Shown: positions 42,763-52,574 of the stretch, one piece after another | How positions within the stretch are numbered: position 1 is the first letter of the stretch | Layout of the letters: every line of letters begins with the position of its first letter | Origin: a virus | DNA: 64,000 bases | IMG/VR virus record: IMGVR_UViG_3300028829_004911 | Strand: one strand, 5' to 3' | Program-made: the position numbers and the translations under genes | Notes under the pieces: model-generated | Seen by the model: only the letters and a program-made list of their open reading frames with translations | What the model was told of the DNA's origin: nothing | Database searches by the model: none

Positions 42763-43102
42763 ACCTATCATACCGTACACGTGGGACCATTTCGATGATG
42801 GGCACCGCCCTCCCACTGCGTTCGAATTGGCCGTGGATATTTGTGATGAATTCCACGAAGCCGAGTTAATATCGGTGCATCACAAAATTTGTTCAATGAA
42901 TCATTCTCAACAAGAATCCGTAACAATATACATGCACATTGGCGCGCACACTAATCCAGGCGAGATAAACGGAGAGTCGTATGATTTTATTGGCATGCAA
43001 GGCCCTGCCAAGGTGATGTTTCGAACCGTATCCATATCAAACTATTCATCAAATATGTATAGTCAAGCCGCAACACTTGAAGGACAAGTATATTATGACT
43101 GA
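42755..43102 (+). CDS. Hypothetical protein
   Basis: GTG start behind AGGAGGA. Confidence 0.7.
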   Translation: MGEPIIPYTWDHFDDGHRPPTAFELAVDICDEFHEAELISVHHKICSMNHSQQESVTIYMHIGAHTNPGEINGESYDFIGMQGPAKVMFRTVSISNYSSNMYSQAATLEGQVYYD

Positions 43103-43577
43103 CATTCTAAAAGACGCAATTTTATCTGAGGATGGCGTGTACCGCTACAATCTAATCCGTGAATGGGATTCGATGGATCCGGTGATGCTATTCATCATGC
43201 TGAACCCATCGACCGCTGACGCGGTTGACGATGACCCTACAATACGTCGCTGTACTAGTTTCGCCCAACGAGAGAACTGCGGCATGATCGAAGTTGTAAA
43301 CCTATTTGCCTTCCGCGCCACTGACCCAAAAGAGTTGAAGACGGCGGAAGAACCAATCGGTGCGGACAATGATGAAATCATTGTGATGGCAGCAGAAGAG
43401 GCTGATATCATCGTATGTGCTTGGGGAACTAACGGCGCATTGTACGAACGAAATGAAAAAGTTATTTCTTTGTTGCAATCGGTGGAGAAACCTATTATGT
43501 GTCTTGGTAAGACAAAGGACGGACACCCGAAACACCCGTTGTATCTTCCCGCTAACGCGGAGTTAATTGAATTATAG
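43095..43577 (+). CDS. DUF1643-like protein
   Basis: YRY.L.R.W....+MFIMLNPSTAD...DDPTIRRC..FA ... NLFA.RATDP ... AWG ... HPLYL pattern. Confidence 0.7.
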   Translation: MTDILKDAILSEDGVYRYNLIREWDSMDPVMLFIMLNPSTADAVDDDPTIRRCTSFAQRENCGMIEVVNLFAFRATDPKELKTAEEPIGADNDEIIVMAAEEADIIVCAWGTNGALYERNEKVISLLQSVEKPIMCLGKTKDGHPKHPLYLPANAELIEL

Positions 43578-43586
43578 GAGGAATTT

Positions 43587-43877
43587 ATGGTGGATTTAAA
43601 TTGGAATGAAGAAGGAGACGCCGTAATTCCATGCATTGGGTGCGCTTACTCTGTGGGACAGAATCATGTGACCCATCCAATCAGGCCGACTTCTGGATAC
43701 AGTTTTGGATTCTTTACCTCGCTGGAACAATACGATGAATTTGACACAAGATTGCTCGCACAAGAATCGAAATATTTTCCGGTTAATTTTGTGACAGGAT
43801 TCGACACCGAAACGCATGCAACCGCTGCAGCAGAAAAACACTTTCAAAACCTACTATCCACAATAAAAGGAGACTAA
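43587..43877 (+). CDS. Hypothetical protein
   Basis: Track ORF, RBS AGGAGGA. Confidence 0.75.
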   Translation: MVDLNWNEEGDAVIPCIGCAYSVGQNHVTHPIRPTSGYSFGFFTSLEQYDEFDTRLLAQESKYFPVNFVTGFDTETHATAAAEKHFQNLLSTIKGD

Positions 43878-43878
43878 C

Positions 43879-44181
43879 ATGCACAAGACACCTGCACTCT
43901 GGTACATGGATAGCGATGTATTGATGGGCTTTTATTGCTCAGACGTGATTGTCGCAGCCACCGACCGCGATGACGCAATTCAGCAAGCCCTACACGCGTA
44001 TGATTTATGGGTGAAAGAAGGCCTTGACGAATATGGTTTTCATTGCCTCATCAGTGATTGCTATCCCACCGACGAATATTTCATACAGCAATCAAAAGAT
44101 AAACGCGTCGAATTTCATGAAGAGGTGAAAACTCGCTTGAAGCAACAAACACGGCGCTGTCTTATCAAGACTGTGTCATAA
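43879..44181 (+). CDS. Hypothetical protein
   Basis: Track ORF, RBS AAAGGAG. Confidence 0.75.
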   Translation: MHKTPALWYMDSDVLMGFYCSDVIVAATDRDDAIQQALHAYDLWVKEGLDEYGFHCLISDCYPTDEYFIQQSKDKRVEFHEEVKTRLKQQTRRCLIKTVS

Positions 44182-44215
44182 ACAGGTGACAGAATTTTCG
44201 ACGGAAAAGTTACTC

Positions 44216-44243
44216 TTGACTACGAAACCCAAGATGATAGTAT
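44216..44243 (+). promoter_or_regulatory. Candidate sigma70-like promoter
   Basis: TTGACT, 16 nt, TAGTAT. A CGAATCA box follows at 44254-44260. Confidence 0.5.
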
Positions 44244-44278
44244 AGGTTATTATCGAATCATATCATAAGGAGACCAAC

Positions 44279-44500
44279 ATGAATACCAACACTCCCACAC
44301 GCCAAGTACTCCGCGCCGAGAATCGCCGAGCAGAAAAATATCGCAGACGACACGAAAACGAGGTTGTTAAGGGAAAAAATATTTCACGAATGAAATCTCC
44401 CCTACCACTCAATCGTGCGGGGCGTCGTAAATTCACGTCTAACACGTGTCCACAGGATTTCCGCTTGGCGGTTATCCAACACATGGCTGGAACTGCGTGA
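44279..44500 (+). CDS. Hypothetical highly basic protein
   Basis: Track ORF, RBS AAGGAGA. Confidence 0.7.
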   Translation: MNTNTPTRQVLRAENRRAEKYRRRHENEVVKGKNISRMKSPLPLNRAGRRKFTSNTCPQDFRLAVIQHMAGTA

Positions 44501-44970
44501 TGCGTCGCTGGGTATCTTTAATTGCCCTGATTACATGTTCATCTGCATATGCAGATGGGCATGGCATCTACCTAGAACATGGAGACGGAAGCAGAACTGC
44601 ACCTTGCTGTGGACAGAGTACAGAGCCTTTCAAAGGCACTGAAAACAGGCCGTTTACATCTCCAGCCGTCTCCAGAGCAGCCGTACATACTCCTATGCTG
44701 ATAGCTGTTGAAAGTCCTGCCGAAGGTGAGTTTCACTTTGCTGACGTGACTATCCACAACCGATTGGTGTTCGCGGATACGACACACACTCGGTACGACT
44801 TTCAGATAAAAGGTGAAGTTGTTATTGTTGTGCCAGAACCGCGTAGCGGTAATGACCCTGACACGTTTACGGTGATTCCTCCTGATGGTTATATCGCGGT
44901 TCCTGACAGAGTCACGCTTGAGGAAGGTGAAAACGCTGTTATTAAAATCTTTTCCAATCTACTAGGATAA
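44500..44970 (+). CDS. Secreted protein (signal peptide)
   Basis: Coupled ATG at 44500 within track ORF 44446..44970. MRRWVSLIALITCSSAYA signal. Confidence 0.7.
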   Translation: MRRWVSLIALITCSSAYADGHGIYLEHGDGSRTAPCCGQSTEPFKGTENRPFTSPAVSRAAVHTPMLIAVESPAEGEFHFADVTIHNRLVFADTTHTRYDFQIKGEVVIVVPEPRSGNDPDTFTVIPPDGYIAVPDRVTLEEGENAVIKIFSNLLG

Positions 44971-45008
44971 ACTCAAGTTTCTCTAATCCGTTAAGGTGTT
45001 TCGATTTC

Positions 45009-46802
45009 ATGACCCAATTTGACCGTATTGATGGTAAGTTTGTAACCACACGTAAATACGAGAAAGATCGTTTTGCACTGAAACGTGCTAAGTGGAAGTA
45101 CGACTTCCGTCGAAAGCATTGGTGGACTGCTGATGAAGAAAAAGCTCTACTTGTAAAGGATTGGGCGATTGGTGCAGCTAAAGAGTACCTTGACAACGCC
45201 CTAGCGATCCGTCAGGCGGCGATTGACGCATCTTGGGCAGAAGACACCGTGGCAGAATTCCCTGCCCCTGAGGGGCTTGCTTACATGCCCTTCCAACGCG
45301 CTGGGATAGAGTACGCCTCCAAGCGCTCCAGAACTCTGATAGCCGACCCTCCGGGGCTGGGTAAAACGATTCAGGCTATCGGATTACACAACACCAAGAA
45401 ATTGAATAAAATCCTTATCATCTGCCCTGCGTCATTGAAACGCAATTGGAAGCGTGAGTGGGAGCGCTGGGACGTTCACGGGTTATCTGTGGGACAAACT
45501 GCGTCAATATTGCACAATGATCCGGTGTTCATGCCTAACGGAGGCCGAGCGCGGGATCACCGCGATAAGCCTATATCAAAATCGCGTACGGAACACTTCT
45601 GGCCTGCCGCTGATGTGTGTATCGTCAACTACGACATGCTTGAAGCGTTCGATGATCAGATCAAAAAAGTCGAATGGGACCTTGTTATCTGCGACGAAGC
45701 CCACCTGTTAAAAACGGCAACGTCACTACGATCCATGTGTGTTTTTGGCGGAGAGCGTAAGGCAAGTCGAAAGAAAGGAATATCGAAAAAAGTATTCACG
45801 CCTATCGAGGCTGCACACCACCTGTACCTAACTGGGACGCCAATTCTTTCAAAACCATCAGAACTTTGGACGATTATTAGAGCGTGCGACCCTGAGGGAC
45901 TAGGGCTGAACTGGAGAAAATACGCACTAACGTACTGTGACGCACAGGAATCGTTCGGGGGCCTTGATTCGTCCGGCGCGTCAAATCTTGAAGAACTTAA
46001 CCGTCTCCTGCGTGAGCGTTTCATGGTACGTCGCGATAAGCAATCGGTGCTGAAAGAGCTGCCCGACAAAAACCGCGAAATGGTTCTACTTCCAAAAGAC
46101 AAACTGGAAGCACCTGTCAAGAAAGAGCAAAACCGCGTCGAGAACGCGTTGGAAGCCTACGAGAAATCAGTACTGGGAATCGATACTTCAAATCTGTTCC
46201 GATACATCGACAACCTTTGTGACAAATTGGCAGCAGCTTTGGCAGAACAATCAGGAGAAGAACCTGATTGGGGCGAGGCGGTAAAAACGCTCTCCGCACC
46301 AGAACAAATCATGTTCACCGAAATCAGCTCGGCACGTGAAGAAGTGGCACTAGCCAAGGTCGGATTGGTGGTAGAGCACGTCGAGAAACTGGTCCAGTGC
46401 GGCGAGCCTGTAATTTGTTTTGGATACCACAAGTCGGTAATCAAATCGATCAAAGAGCGCCTTGAAAAGAAAGGAATTCGCGTCGGTGTGATTACCGGAG
46501 ACGTCCATCCAGACAAGCGCCAGGACATCGTGGACGATTTCCAAGACGGGCATCTCGATGTGATACTTGGAAACATCATTGCTATGGGTGTTGGTTTTAC
46601 ATTGACGCGCGCGCGCTTTGTTGTATTTGCGGAACTAGATTGGGTTCCTGCGATGATTGAGCAAGCCGAAGATCGTGCATGGCGACACGGACAATTAAAT
46701 GCTGTACTTGTACAGCACCTTGTGGTAGACGGGTCCATTGAAAGCCGAATGGCGATAGCCTTGTTAGAAAAAATGGGCGTAATTAAAGAGGCACTGGATT
46801 GA
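45009..46802 (+). CDS. SNF2-family helicase / ATPase
   Basis: PPGLGKT, DEAH box (ICDEAHLLK), LTGTP and QAEDRAWR motifs. Confidence 0.9.
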   Translation: MTQFDRIDGKFVTTRKYEKDRFALKRAKWKYDFRRKHWWTADEEKALLVKDWAIGAAKEYLDNALAIRQAAIDASWAEDTVAEFPAPEGLAYMPFQRAGIEYASKRSRTLIADPPGLGKTIQAIGLHNTKKLNKILIICPASLKRNWKREWERWDVHGLSVGQTASILHNDPVFMPNGGRARDHRDKPISKSRTEHFWPAADVCIVNYDMLEAFDDQIKKVEWDLVICDEAHLLKTATSLRSMCVFGGERKASRKKGISKKVFTPIEAAHHLYLTGTPILSKPSELWTIIRACDPEGLGLNWRKYALTYCDAQESFGGLDSSGASNLEELNRLLRERFMVRRDKQSVLKELPDKNREMVLLPKDKLEAPVKKEQNRVENALEAYEKSVLGIDTSNLFRYIDNLCDKLAAALAEQSGEEPDWGEAVKTLSAPEQIMFTEISSAREEVALAKVGLVVEHVEKLVQCGEPVICFGYHKSVIKSIKERLEKKGIRVGVITGDVHPDKRQDIVDDFQDGHLDVILGNIIAMGVGFTLTRARFVVFAELDWVPAMIEQAEDRAWRHGQLNAVLVQHLVVDGSIESRMAIALLEKMGVIKEALD

Positions 46803-46839
46803 CACTTCGCAGATTGCGGGGATATTTTAAATTTAAGTA

Positions 46840-46867
46840 TTGACACCAACAAGTTTTATGATAAAAG
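46840..46867 (+). promoter_or_regulatory. Candidate promoter with an extended -10
   Basis: TTGACA, then TG-A-TAAAAG. Confidence 0.45.
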
Positions 46868-46890
46868 AACCAAACCAATGAGGACAACGA

Positions 46891-47472
46891 ATGACACACC
46901 CGTATATCACAACCGCGACCGGACGTAAGTTTCACTTCGGTCCTCACGATCCATCTGAATTTTATCTACCGGATATTGCACGAGCGCTAAGCCGTATCTG
47001 CCGATTCACAGGACATCTCTCAGACAGATACGAAGACGACATATACTCAGTTGCGCAACATAGCGTGTACGTTGAGCGTCTTTTGGTACAGCGAGGAGCA
47101 CCAGAGTATGTACGCAAGTGGGCTTTGACCCACGACGCCCCTGAATACGCATGGGGCGATGTAAACTCTCCCCTCAAATCACTTTTACCAGACTACCGCC
47201 GTTTCGAAAACGGAAGTGCTCAAGCATTCCGCACACGTTACGGCGTTCCATATGACGATGGCATTGAAGCCTACGTCAAGTGGGCAGACATTCAACTGCT
47301 TTATGCGGAAGCCGAAGAGCTTACGACAACCTCGCCGTGGGAGTGGGACCAGTTCCCCGGCCGCGCCGAGCAGACACTTTACGAAATCGACTCGGACTTT
47401 TATCCGTGGCGACCAAAGAAAGCGCGTGACGAATACCTCGCCGCGTGCGATGCACTCGGAATCAAGGAGTAA
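46891..47472 (+). CDS. HD-domain phosphohydrolase (YfbR-like 5'-deoxynucleotidase)
   Basis: SVAQHS..V and LTHDAPEYAWGDVNSPLK resemble YfbR. Confidence 0.7.
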   Translation: MTHPYITTATGRKFHFGPHDPSEFYLPDIARALSRICRFTGHLSDRYEDDIYSVAQHSVYVERLLVQRGAPEYVRKWALTHDAPEYAWGDVNSPLKSLLPDYRRFENGSAQAFRTRYGVPYDDGIEAYVKWADIQLLYAEAEELTTTSPWEWDQFPGRAEQTLYEIDSDFYPWRPKKARDEYLAACDALGIKE

Positions 47473-47475
47473 ACA

Positions 47476-48018
47476 ATGCCAACACATATGAACCTGCGCT
47501 GGACCGAAATGGAAGACGCACTCGAAGCCACTGACAAGCTGAAACACCTCGCCAAGTCGTACGGCATCGCGGACCCATTCTCGGACAACGGCGTAAAAGT
47601 CCTGCAAATCGCGATAGCAACTGGTCTAGATATCCACCCAGGACGTCGCGGTCCAGACGCCATGGATCGCATTGGAAACGAATACGAAATTAAAACGGTC
47701 GATTTGAACAAAAAGAACTCAGGATTCTCAACAAATCATCACCTGAATACCGCAGTTATCGACCGATTTATGGCACGCCGTTTCGTGTTTGCTACATATA
47801 AAGATAGTACCCTTGTCGAAGCCTACTTGGTTGAATCGGCTGCACTTATGCCTGTGTTCGCCAAGTGGCGACGCTCTTTAAAAGGGCGTACACACTTGAA
47901 TAATCCTAAAATTCCAATCGACTACGTGCGTGAAGTCGGTACAGCGATGTATCTGAAAGACGTGACACCGTCATGGGCTTCCAAGGAAACCACTACTGAG
48001 GATGTAGCGGCGGCGTAA
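47476..48018 (+). CDS. PvuII-family type II restriction endonuclease homolog
   Basis: Collinear with remembered R.PvuII: DNG.K.LQ..GL...PGR.G.DA.D..G.EYE.K, GFST.HH.N, NNPKIP..YV.E.GT..Y. Catalytic D/E/K kept. Confidence 0.85.
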   Translation: MPTHMNLRWTEMEDALEATDKLKHLAKSYGIADPFSDNGVKVLQIAIATGLDIHPGRRGPDAMDRIGNEYEIKTVDLNKKNSGFSTNHHLNTAVIDRFMARRFVFATYKDSTLVEAYLVESAALMPVFAKWRRSLKGRTHLNNPKIPIDYVREVGTAMYLKDVTPSWASKETTTEDVAAA

Positions 48019-48142
48019 ATAATTAATGTGTCTATCGACACGCTGCCAATACGCGTGACTCTGTTTGTTATCAGCCCCCGACCTGTTACGGCAGAGTCAC
48101 GTTATTAACTCAACAACTAATCGAAATGTGGACATTAAAACA

Positions 48143-50398
48143 ATGACTTACTCATTCAATCCAATCCAGATCGTGACGGGCGAATTCGAAGAAGTAATAT
48201 TCGATATCGAGACCAACGGGCTTTTACCCGAACACGTCGAACCACCGTTCTGCATGGATCGAATTCACTGCCTTGTGATCAAAGATATTCACACTGAAAA
48301 GACGATAGAATTTGTTAACAACGATGAAGGAAATAACCTCGAAGAAGGTGTAAAAATCCTGATGGATGCGAAGACAATCATCGGACACAACATCATCGAC
48401 TTTGATATCCCCGCGATTGCACTTATATATCCATATTTCGTTCCCGAAGCCCGTATTGTTGACACACTGGTCATGGTTCGCATGTGTTTTGCAGATCAAA
48501 AGGAAAAAGATTTTCGATTAGCGTCAACAGGTAAACTGGCTGGGCGACTAATTGGTACACAGGGCCTTGAAGGCTGGGGCCAACGTCTTGGGATGCATAA
48601 AGGCGACTATAAGAAAGACCGTGAAAACGAACTAAAGGATATTCACAAAGAAAAAGGACTAGATGCACCGACTACAGAGGAGTTACACCACTACGTCTGG
48701 GGCACGTGGAGTCAGAATATGCACGACTACTGTATCAACGATGTTGACGTTAACATGTTGGTGTGGACAAGTATTCTACGCTGCAATTGGTCCCGCGAAG
48801 CTACCATTATGGAGCACCAAATACATGATCTAATGGTAAAGCAAGAGCGTAATGGGTTTGTGTTTGACAAAAATAAAGCGGACAAACTGGCTCAAGATTT
48901 TCAGACGCAATACGATGCACTCGCAGAGGAAGCTACGGCGGATATCGGAAAATGGCATCGACCGTTAAAAGCCCACACGGACGAATTTGTAACAGAACAT
49001 GGAGAACACCACGCCCGCCGCACATGGGGAAACGTTGATACCTACAAGCGCAACATAGACAGAAGTAAATCTCGTGCAAAGGCTGCGGCTGGTGGAGACT
49101 TTCGTAAGATGATGCCAGATGTTTATGCGGATGTTCCTCTAGTGAAAATTGAATTGAAAGAATTCAACCCCAATTCACGTCCTCAAATTACAGATCGTTT
49201 AAAAACGTTGTATGGGTGGGAACCGCAAGACTTCACGGAAAAAGGTGCAGCCAAAGTTAATGATGAAATCCTACGAGATCTTGCTGATGATGTTCCTTTG
49301 GCTGCAACATTGGCGGAATTATTCTTTTACAAAAAACGACTAGGACAAGTATCTGACGGTAAAAATGGATGGCTGAAATTACTCCGCAGTGACGGACGAA
49401 TCCACGGACGTGTAAATGTAGGTGGAACCGTATCAGGACGTGCTACACACTCTTCCCCAAACATCTCACAGGTGCCGGGGGTAAATGCGGTGGAATTTGG
49501 AGCTAACGAAGACAAAGGAATAACTCCTGAAATGGCGAAAGAAAAAGGAGAGGAGTTTCTTTCTAAAAACGCTGGGAACGTAAATAGCTGGAGTGCGCCT
49601 ATCATCGTATCATCAAAGTGGAAAGAGAATAAATCTGAGTGGTCTATCGTGGCACGCGGACGCGCGGGGGATTACGGATACGATTGCCGCGAATTGTTTA
49701 CCGTACCTAAAGGCTATAAGCTGGTAGGATGCGATCTCTCGGGAATCGAATTTCGTTGCCTAGGGAATCTTACGTTCCCGTTTGATGGTGGAGAAATCGT
49801 GGACGTAGTACTCAACGGAGATATTCACGCTCGAAACGCCCAGTTGGCGGGAATTACACGATCAGTGGCTAAGCGCCTCCTGTACGCCGCCATGTATGGC
49901 GGAGGGGACGGAAAGCTTGGTTCTATTGTTGAGCCATTCTCATCCGCAGCCCGTCAGCAGTCTTTAGGTAAGACACTTCGATCAAAGCTCATGGCGGCGA
50001 TGCCTTCACTACAGAAGGCGATCCGTGAAATTCACAAAGAGATGCGAAAGAACTCTAACACCATTCGCGGACTGGACGGACGTCGATTATATGCACGCTC
50101 AAAGCATTCTGCGTTGAATCTTCGCCTGCAATCTGACGGTGCGCTAATTGCGAAGAAATGGTGTCTACTTGTTGACGATATGTTCTATGAAGAAGGGTGG
50201 GATCACGGCCCCAATTTAGAATATTTCTTCTGCTCGTGGTCTCACGACGAAATTCAGATCGCAGTACGCGAAGACTTGGCAGAACGCGCCGCTGAAATAA
50301 TGGAAGCTGCGGCACCTCTTGCAGGGGAGCATTTTAATTTCAACTGCCCTGTAACCGCCGAATCCGCTATTGGTATGACGTGGGCCGCTACTCACTAA
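48143..50398 (+). CDS. Family A DNA polymerase with a 3'-5' exonuclease domain
   Basis: Exo I FDIETNGL, motif B R..AKRLLYAAMYGG, motif C SWSHDEIQI. Start uncertain (weak RBS). Confidence 0.9.
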   Translation: MTYSFNPIQIVTGEFEEVIFDIETNGLLPEHVEPPFCMDRIHCLVIKDIHTEKTIEFVNNDEGNNLEEGVKILMDAKTIIGHNIIDFDIPAIALIYPYFVPEARIVDTLVMVRMCFADQKEKDFRLASTGKLAGRLIGTQGLEGWGQRLGMHKGDYKKDRENELKDIHKEKGLDAPTTEELHHYVWGTWSQNMHDYCINDVDVNMLVWTSILRCNWSREATIMEHQIHDLMVKQERNGFVFDKNKADKLAQDFQTQYDALAEEATADIGKWHRPLKAHTDEFVTEHGEHHARRTWGNVDTYKRNIDRSKSRAKAAAGGDFRKMMPDVYADVPLVKIELKEFNPNSRPQITDRLKTLYGWEPQDFTEKGAAKVNDEILRDLADDVPLAATLAELFFYKKRLGQVSDGKNGWLKLLRSDGRIHGRVNVGGTVSGRATHSSPNISQVPGVNAVEFGANEDKGITPEMAKEKGEEFLSKNAGNVNSWSAPIIVSSKWKENKSEWSIVARGRAGDYGYDCRELFTVPKGYKLVGCDLSGIEFRCLGNLTFPFDGGEIVDVVLNGDIHARNAQLAGITRSVAKRLLYAAMYGGGDGKLGSIVEPFSSAARQQSLGKTLRSKLMAAMPSLQKAIREIHKEMRKNSNTIRGLDGRRLYARSKHSALNLRLQSDGALIAKKWCLLVDDMFYEEGWDHGPNLEYFFCSWSHDEIQIAVREDLAERAAEIMEAAAPLAGEHFNFNCPVTAESAIGMTWAATH

Positions 50399-50408
50399 AT
50401 TTTTCTTG

Positions 50409-50437
50409 TTGACATACGAGATATATAACTATACAAA
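50409..50437 (+). promoter_or_regulatory. Candidate sigma70-like promoter
   Basis: TTGACA, 17 nt, TACAAA. Confidence 0.45.
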
Positions 50438-50446
50438 GGCAAAGCA

Positions 50447-51058
50447 ATGAACAAAAACGTACTCTTTTTCGATACTGAAACCACTGGATTAAAGTTGGAT
50501 AAGTTCGAAGATATTCACCCGAGACAGCCTATGGCTGTACAAATAGGTATGAAGCTGGACGGGATGAACCGTAACGAGCGTGGTGCCTTTAATTACTGTA
50601 TCCGTACAAACGGAGATTGGATTGTAAACCCAAAAGCTGCCGAAATTACCGGAATTGACAACGATATCGCCGACGAGTATGGATGTGACCTGATAACAGG
50701 TGTTGAAATGTTTCTTGATATGATGGAAAACGCTGACACAATTGTGGCACATAACATCGCTTTTGACGTCACGGTGATGCGCCGTATGTGTAAAGTGTAC
50801 AGCGAGCGCACAGATCAAAAATACACCGACCCGTTTATTGGAAAAACCTTAGCGTGTACAATGGTGAACTCAACGAACATCGTTAAGGCCCTGCCTATGC
50901 GCTACGGTAAATATAAGTGGCCTAAGCTGGAAGAATGTATGATGCACTTTTTCGGCGAAGAACTAGACGGTGCCCACGACGCCTTGGTTGACGTTAAAGG
51001 GACTGCAAAAGTATTCTACCATCTACTGGATTTAGGAGTGTTCAATGGAACCGAATAA
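50447..51058 (+). CDS. DEDD (DnaQ-like) 3'-5' exonuclease
   Basis: FFDTETTGL, AHNIAFDV and GAHDALVD motifs. Confidence 0.85.
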   Translation: MNKNVLFFDTETTGLKLDKFEDIHPRQPMAVQIGMKLDGMNRNERGAFNYCIRTNGDWIVNPKAAEITGIDNDIADEYGCDLITGVEMFLDMMENADTIVAHNIAFDVTVMRRMCKVYSERTDQKYTDPFIGKTLACTMVNSTNIVKALPMRYGKYKWPKLEECMMHFFGEELDGAHDALVDVKGTAKVFYHLLDLGVFNGTE

Positions 51059-51314
51059 TAACTACAATAACCCGACATCTACTCAAGATACAGGGTCTAA
51101 TGAAAATCCTCTTTACAACGAACGTATTTCAGTGTATATGAGTGATATCACTCGCGGAGGGGAACGCTTGGTACAGAAAGTCTCCAACGACATCAATGAA
51201 ATAAGCATTAGACGTGCAATGCAGATCGGATACATGATGGCGTGTCAGGACCACAATTTGAAGGTACCACAAATGGATGATCCAGCAAAATCAATGGGGT
51301 ATGGTAACGTATAA
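51045..51314 (+). CDS. Hypothetical protein
   Basis: Track ORF. Confidence 0.65.
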   Translation: MEPNNNYNNPTSTQDTGSNENPLYNERISVYMSDITRGGERLVQKVSNDINEISIRRAMQIGYMMACQDHNLKVPQMDDPAKSMGYGNV

Positions 51315-52474
51315 TGAGCTATTACGAAGAACTCATGGCGACAGGTGTCCCTAAGGACATCCCTGCGGGCGGGTTCACGTTTGAGGATTGTTTTGACGAA
51401 TTCGTCGCCAGCCACCAGAAGACGTGGAAATATGACCGTAATGAAATGGTAGGTGCCTCCGAATGTTTTGGGTGCATCCGTAAGACTTGGTTCGGGAAGC
51501 ACGGAAAGAAATTTGGACACGAAGTAGATAAAGACCACGAAGAGAACTGGGGCGCGATGCGTCGTGGGGATATAATGGAGAACTATCTTATCGTCCCCGC
51601 AATCCGCCAAGGTTTGAACCGTCGTGGACTTGATTTGATTATGGAAGGAGACGATCAAGAGACAATTCGTGATGGATGTAATTCTGCAACACTGGACGGA
51701 TTAATCGTTCCCATTGATCCAGAAATGGGTGGTAAACTACCCAAAGATTTTTTAGAATACTACGGTTTCGAAGGAGATTTAGACGCCGACAGTGTTGTTT
51801 TAGAGATGAAGTCTTTTGACCCTAGAATTGAAATCAAACAAGCTAAAGCCATTCACCACGGACAGACGCAGATGCAGATGGGACTTGTGCGCGACACTAC
51901 GGAGTACAAACCCGAATACGCTATTGTCATATACGTGAATGCCTCTTGGTATGATGACATTCGCCCGTTTTTAGTACCGTTCTCGGAGAGCGAATACCAA
52001 ATCGGACGCGAGCGTAATAAAAAGGTTTTCGAAGTGGAAGATCCTGCGCTGTTTGCTCCAGAAGGAAAATTAGACGGGGATTGTAAGTACTGTAAGTTTA
52101 AAGACGCATGCAGCATCGTATCAACTGGACGTGTTCCTGAAAAACGTGACCCTCTGAAAGCTGGAGAGATTGACGGACAGGATCCAGATATGATATCACG
52201 CATGGACATTCTTGTCGCTAATCAAGCTAAATTGAAAGCATTGGAAAAGCAGACCGAGAGAGATGTCAAGGAAGCTAACGAGGCTATTCGACAAGAAATG
52301 ATAAACGCTGGAACAAGTCGAGCGGTGGGTGAGAATTGGAAAGTCTTTTACAGTGCACAAGCTGGCGCAAAACGACTATCTACGGCACTCATGGAAGAGG
52401 CTGGACTAGATCCAGAAGACTACAAAGAACAAGGGAATGGTTTTGAAAAATTAACCGTAACCGTATCGAAATAG
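51314..52474 (+). CDS. PD-(D/E)XK Cas4/RecB-like nuclease with a Cys cluster
   Basis: N-terminal ECFGC, VLEMKS, C-terminal CKYCKFKDAC (CxxCx5C). Confidence 0.75.
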   Translation: MSYYEELMATGVPKDIPAGGFTFEDCFDEFVASHQKTWKYDRNEMVGASECFGCIRKTWFGKHGKKFGHEVDKDHEENWGAMRRGDIMENYLIVPAIRQGLNRRGLDLIMEGDDQETIRDGCNSATLDGLIVPIDPEMGGKLPKDFLEYYGFEGDLDADSVVLEMKSFDPRIEIKQAKAIHHGQTQMQMGLVRDTTEYKPEYAIVIYVNASWYDDIRPFLVPFSESEYQIGRERNKKVFEVEDPALFAPEGKLDGDCKYCKFKDACSIVSTGRVPEKRDPLKAGEIDGQDPDMISRMDILVANQAKLKALEKQTERDVKEANEAIRQEMINAGTSRAVGENWKVFYSAQAGAKRLSTALMEEAGLDPEDYKEQGNGFEKLTVTVSK

Positions 52475-52494
52475 CGCCGCGCTAGCGGTACTAT

Positions 52495-52522
52495 ATGTAA
52501 AACGAACCCGTGCGTTTTACAT
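52495..52522 (+). other. Perfect 10-bp hairpin ATGTAAAACG-N8-CGTTTTACAT
   Basis: Read directly. No T-tract follows. Confidence 0.8.
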
Positions 52523-52574
52523 TTAATGAAAACGGGTATGAATGTAAAAATAAAATCGAAGAAGGAAAGAAAAT

